Below are positions 60,528-64,000 of a DNA stretch of 64,000 nucleotides, one piece after another; the first letter of the stretch is position 1; every line of letters begins with the position of its first letter. The stretch comes from an uncultured Pseudomonadota bacterium (lineage in GTDB: Bacteria; Pseudomonadota; Alphaproteobacteria; RF32; CAG-239). Both the position numbers and the translations under genes were made by a program. The stretch is taken from positions 8,866-72,865 of the forward strand of contig CASFRM010000004.1 in assembly GCA_949297185.1 (NCBI GenBank), given 5' to 3'. The notes beneath the pieces are model-generated. The model ran no database searches. It saw only the letters and a program-made list of their open reading frames with translations, and had not been told where the DNA came from.

Positions 60528-62161
60528 ATGAGCATTAATTGGCTGTTTACACCGACATTGCAACTCGACCGCCCCATATTTTGGTTTGAGCTTTTATTAA
60601 CTCTCATAATTTCGATACCCAGTATCAGAAGTTATGAAATAAAGGCTCACAAGATTGCATCTTTGGCAGCAGGAGTGGTAGCCATTAGCATGTTTATTAC
60701 CCAGATCATCTCTGGGCAATGGATAAATGCTAACAAGCACCGCACTCTGTTGGAGATGAGCAACGATGACTATGGATTGATTATGGCTCAAGATACCATA
60801 ACCATCAACCAAGACTCGTTGTTCAACCATGGCATCTCACCGGTATCGCTGGAAAAGATGCGCACGGTATCTCCGGAAGTGGCCAGAGTACTGGCCGAGG
60901 CAGTCATGGGGCAAATTCCGGCTTTTGGCTCCCAATACGAAATTGGTAAGTTATCTCTCCAATCCATCACCGGTAACTTTGACATTACTGACGGGTTAGG
61001 CAAAAATTATCATTTGTCTTTCGACAATGATTTTATTTACATAGCGCCGTTAGAGTTTAGAAGCTTCTGGAAGTGGAGACAAACCGGCGGAAACTCACCT
61101 CTTACATTATTGTAAGCGCCACCAATGAAAACTTGGTGCATATGATAACCGCTGTCAATGGTCAACCTCTTGAGATGAAGTATCTCCAGTCTGCCTGTTT
61201 TAGCCACCAATTGCGTCGCCACCTGCGTCGCTCTGGCTTCATGGGCAAGATTGCCGATAACGGAATCCAGATTGATGCCAATGGCCGACCATACAATATC
61301 TTTGCTCAGATTGACAACCAAATTGGTTGGGGCGGAGATAAAGTAATCGGTTCGATTGTTGTCGACATGCAGACCGGCGAGGTAAAAAGCTACGACCTTG
61401 ATGAAACACCTGATTTCATCGATGTCATTCAGCCCCAAAAGCTGACCGAAGAACTAATTTATAAACGCTATGATTTAATTCATGGCTACATAAATTGGTC
61501 AGACCAAGACCGTTTGCACCCAAATGGTTTGCAAGTGGTATACGGTCAGAAGGAGTGCTGCTACTACGCCGGACTTACCTCTGTCGGCAACGACGCCTCG
61601 ACATCCGGTTTTGTTTTGGTTAATGCCAAAACCGGTATCGGAACATTTTATAAAATGTCCGGTATTGATGAGACCAGAGCCGAAGGAGCCATTCAAGCCA
61701 ATGAATGGACTGCAAAATACCCTTCATACGAGGTTGGAAATGCAGTCATGTACAACATTGGCGGTCTACAGACATATTATGCCCCGATTATTAGCGGACG
61801 CAAAATTGTCGGCCATGGCTTTTGCTCGGTCAAAAACGTTAATGTCGTCGGAGCCGGCAAGACAAAAGAAGAAGCCTACGCTGCCTATATCCAATCATAT
61901 CAAATGAGCCTTCAACAGACGGCTCTGCCATCAGATGGCAATGATATGAACGGACAAATCCTGACCATCAAAAAAATTCGTCAGGAGGGCAGCCGATATA
62001 ATTTCTTGTTTGAAGAGTATGAGGACAAAACCTTCTACGCCTTCTCAGAAATTATACCATCAGTCCGTTGGATTGATGAGGTAGGATCAAAAGTTATTGT
62101 TTCATTCCGTATGAGTGAGGATTATGAAATCCCCATTCAAAAAATCGAAGTGAAACAATAA
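60528..62161 (+). pseudogene. Membrane-anchored protein gene split by a probable 1-nt frameshift (ORFs 60528-61115 and 61073-62161)
   Basis: The two ORFs overlap by 43 nt in frames 0 and 2. Adding one A to the run GGCGGAAACTC (near 61087-61091) would read ...FWKWRQTGGKLTSYIIVSATNENLVHM... continuously (~544 aa). The second ORF has only a GTG start and no RBS. Confidence 0.55.
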
Positions 62162-62207
62162 ACAATAGAAAAAAGTCGTGATTTTTATATCACGGCTTTT
62201 TTCATTT

Positions 62208-62972
62208 CTAAACTTCAAAACTCATTCCGTCATAAGCCAACTCAAAATTATTAGGCAAGGCGGCCGAGGTTTCTTCAAAATCTACACGAGCCGAAAGATG
62301 CGTCAATATCACCCGCTCAGGCTCAATCACTTCTGCAATTTTTTTCACTTTTTCCAAGTCGCTATGTCCGTTATTTTCGGGATAAAGGCCGTTATTGCAT
62401 TCAATCAGCAAAGTTTGCACACCTTGCAAAATTTTTAATCCTTCTTCAGGTATTTTTTCCCAATCAGTCACATAGGCAAAATTCTGACAACAAAAAGCCG
62501 AACAATGCCAACGATGATGAGGAACCTGAAATGTTTTAAACATCACATCGCAAGCCTCAAATTCGCCGACATCAGGACAAACTCGCCAATGCAAACCTCT
62601 GCCTTCTTGTTCTTCACCATTAAACAAAAAAGGATATTCCTGTTTCAAATCTTTTTGAGTTTCACCACTGCACCAAATTTCAATAGGATGATTTAGGAGC
62701 GTACAAGCTCTTGCCAATTCCGGCAAACTGGCTATGTGATCGTAATGTGAATGTGTGATTAGTACCGCATCCAAATCAGAAATATTATTTTGATTAATCT
62801 GCAACCTAAATTCCGGCCCACAATCAACAGCAAATTTTTTATTTTTAACTTCAAAATAAATTGCCGCCCGATTCCTAACATTTTTAAGATTGTTTGGTAT
62901 CATATTGCGCCAGTTATTAAAAATCATTGGGCATCCGTATGCCGAGCCGGAACCAAGAACAATCACTTTCAT
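62208..62972 (-). CDS. MBL-fold metallo-hydrolase (PhnP-like phosphodiesterase family?)
   Basis: LGSGSAYGCP..., metal motif ITHSHYDH, and size ~254 aa. Confidence 0.7.
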   Translation of the reverse strand: MKVIVLGSGSAYGCPMIFNNWRNMIPNNLKNVRNRAAIYFEVKNKKFAVDCGPEFRLQINQNNISDLDAVLITHSHYDHIASLPELARACTLLNHPIEIWCSGETQKDLKQEYPFLFNGEEQEGRGLHWRVCPDVGEFEACDVMFKTFQVPHHRWHCSAFCCQNFAYVTDWEKIPEEGLKILQGVQTLLIECNNGLYPENNGHSDLEKVKKIAEVIEPERVILTHLSARVDFEETSAALPNNFELAYDGMSFEV

Positions 62973-62975
62973 TTT

Positions 62976-63959
62976 TTATTTTGCCTTTCCTTTATTTGCC
63001 AAAATATATTGAAACACCGGATTGATTACAAATTTTGTTAATCGTTGTGATGATGTTTTTTCATTTGCAATACTGTCAACAAATTCGATTACACCTTTAT
63101 TTTGTCTGGCCTTTTCTCGACGAGCCAATATCATCAAACAATCAACCATAGCATCTCTATCATCTAAAGCTACCACCGCCATCATAGTTTCCAACAACTC
63201 TTTTTGAGAAGTAAAATTTTTAAGTTTCTCACTGTTTTGAAACTTTTCATTTTTAAAAAGCTTATGCAAATCAGGAAAAGCATAGAAAAACATATTTTGA
63301 TCTGCAATATTTTTTACAAAAGATTTTCTATCGCTAGACCGTGTTAAACTAGCCGTTACTCTGGAAAGACAACGCACTTTGTCTTGAGGTATATAAGGAT
63401 AACCGCAAGCAAACATCTGATTAATCTGCCTCACCACAATACTATTTTGCCCCTCAGGACTTATATCAAGATTATATTTACCCACATTAGCCAAAAAACG
63501 GCGCAAAACATTGTATGCTCCTTCTTTTTGCGGATTACAAGCAATTCTCAGTTTACCTTGCTTAATTGCGTCAACAGCACCGTATTTATCAATAATAGCA
63601 ACTCCAATTCCTTTATTTTTTTTGACAAACTTAGCATAGATTTTTTCAATATTAAAAATACCATTATCTTCTGGATCCATACAAGAAAAATCAATTTGCC
63701 CCAACTTAGGATGATTTATAACGGCATATATATTATGAGTACGAACCACCTCGGAAACATTTGTTCCTTTTTGCTTAAAATTTCTCAAAGTTTGATAAAA
63801 TTCATCTTCGTTTTTCACACACAAATCATAATCATTGATTTTAGGATTTTCTTGTGTAAGCACATCTAACACGGCCCCACCGAACATATAGACTTCGTTA
63901 AGCTTAGCTTCATTCATAAAAGAAGCAATGTCCGATACAATTTTTTTTGAGTACTCCAT
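62976..63959 (-). CDS. Pol-beta-superfamily nucleotidyltransferase-like protein
   Basis: N-terminal MFGGAVLDVL-(10 aa)-NDYDLCV resembles the GGxVRD...DxD head of CCA-adding/poly(A) polymerase family enzymes. The rest is unrecognised. Its stop lies 3 nt before the MBL gene start. Confidence 0.5.
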   Translation of the reverse strand: MEYSKKIVSDIASFMNEAKLNEVYMFGGAVLDVLTQENPKINDYDLCVKNEDEFYQTLRNFKQKGTNVSEVVRTHNIYAVINHPKLGQIDFSCMDPEDNGIFNIEKIYAKFVKKNKGIGVAIIDKYGAVDAIKQGKLRIACNPQKEGAYNVLRRFLANVGKYNLDISPEGQNSIVVRQINQMFACGYPYIPQDKVRCLSRVTASLTRSSDRKSFVKNIADQNMFFYAFPDLHKLFKNEKFQNSEKLKNFTSQKELLETMMAVVALDDRDAMVDCLMILARREKARQNKGVIEFVDSIANEKTSSQRLTKFVINPVFQYILANKGKAK

Positions 63960-64000
63960 TATTATGCCCTCTTAAACAACAAGATTTGGACAAAACAGAT

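Overview
The window is a 64-kb chromosomal segment. Gene content and synteny suggest a low-GC alphaproteobacterium: GapR/DUF2312, alpha-type addB-addA-trxA, and grpE next to rph-rdgB. This is an inference and was not computed. Most of the window is housekeeping: rplU (partial), an EnvZ/OmpR-type two-component pair, pgsA, uvrC, rpoC-rpoB, a solitary rplQ, a galU-like gene, a giant AsmA-family protein, nucleoside catabolism genes (cdd, PNP, deoC, deoA and, separately, deoB), tolB, ruvX, an AmpD-like amidase, a DjlA-like protein, pgeF, pyk, gapR, grpE, a GT5 glycogen-synthase-like gene, rph, rdgB, addBA, trxA, a split chromate transporter, an MCE/Mla-type ABC operon and glyQS. I found no rRNA, tRNA, CRISPR array, transposase or integrase. 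The main finding is a paralogous family of eight genes arranged as four small-then-large (S->L) bicistronic pairs. They sit in two inverted loci (17.5-21.5 kb on the + strand and 38.6-42.8 kb on the - strand) that bracket about 17 kb of core genes. All eight products have Sec-type signal peptides. Each is built from units of a 4-Cys module followed by a phage-tail-collar-like domain with an invariant HxH. S proteins have one unit and L proteins have two. A conserved T-rich motif lies upstream of every S gene. No phage, secretion or mobility genes are adjacent. I interpret this as an undescribed exported receptor-binding (lectin, adhesin or bacteriocin-like) S/L system. Secondary observations are: an orphan promoter-plus-terminator unit upstream of rpoB where rplJL would be expected; an extremely acidic repeat protein placed to be co-transcribed with the two-component system; a probable 1-nt frameshift in a membrane-protein gene; an oversized orphan GT5 synthase sharing a palindromic divergent promoter with grpE; a GlyQS-type GlyRS; and a nucleotidyltransferase plus MBL-hydrolase pair.
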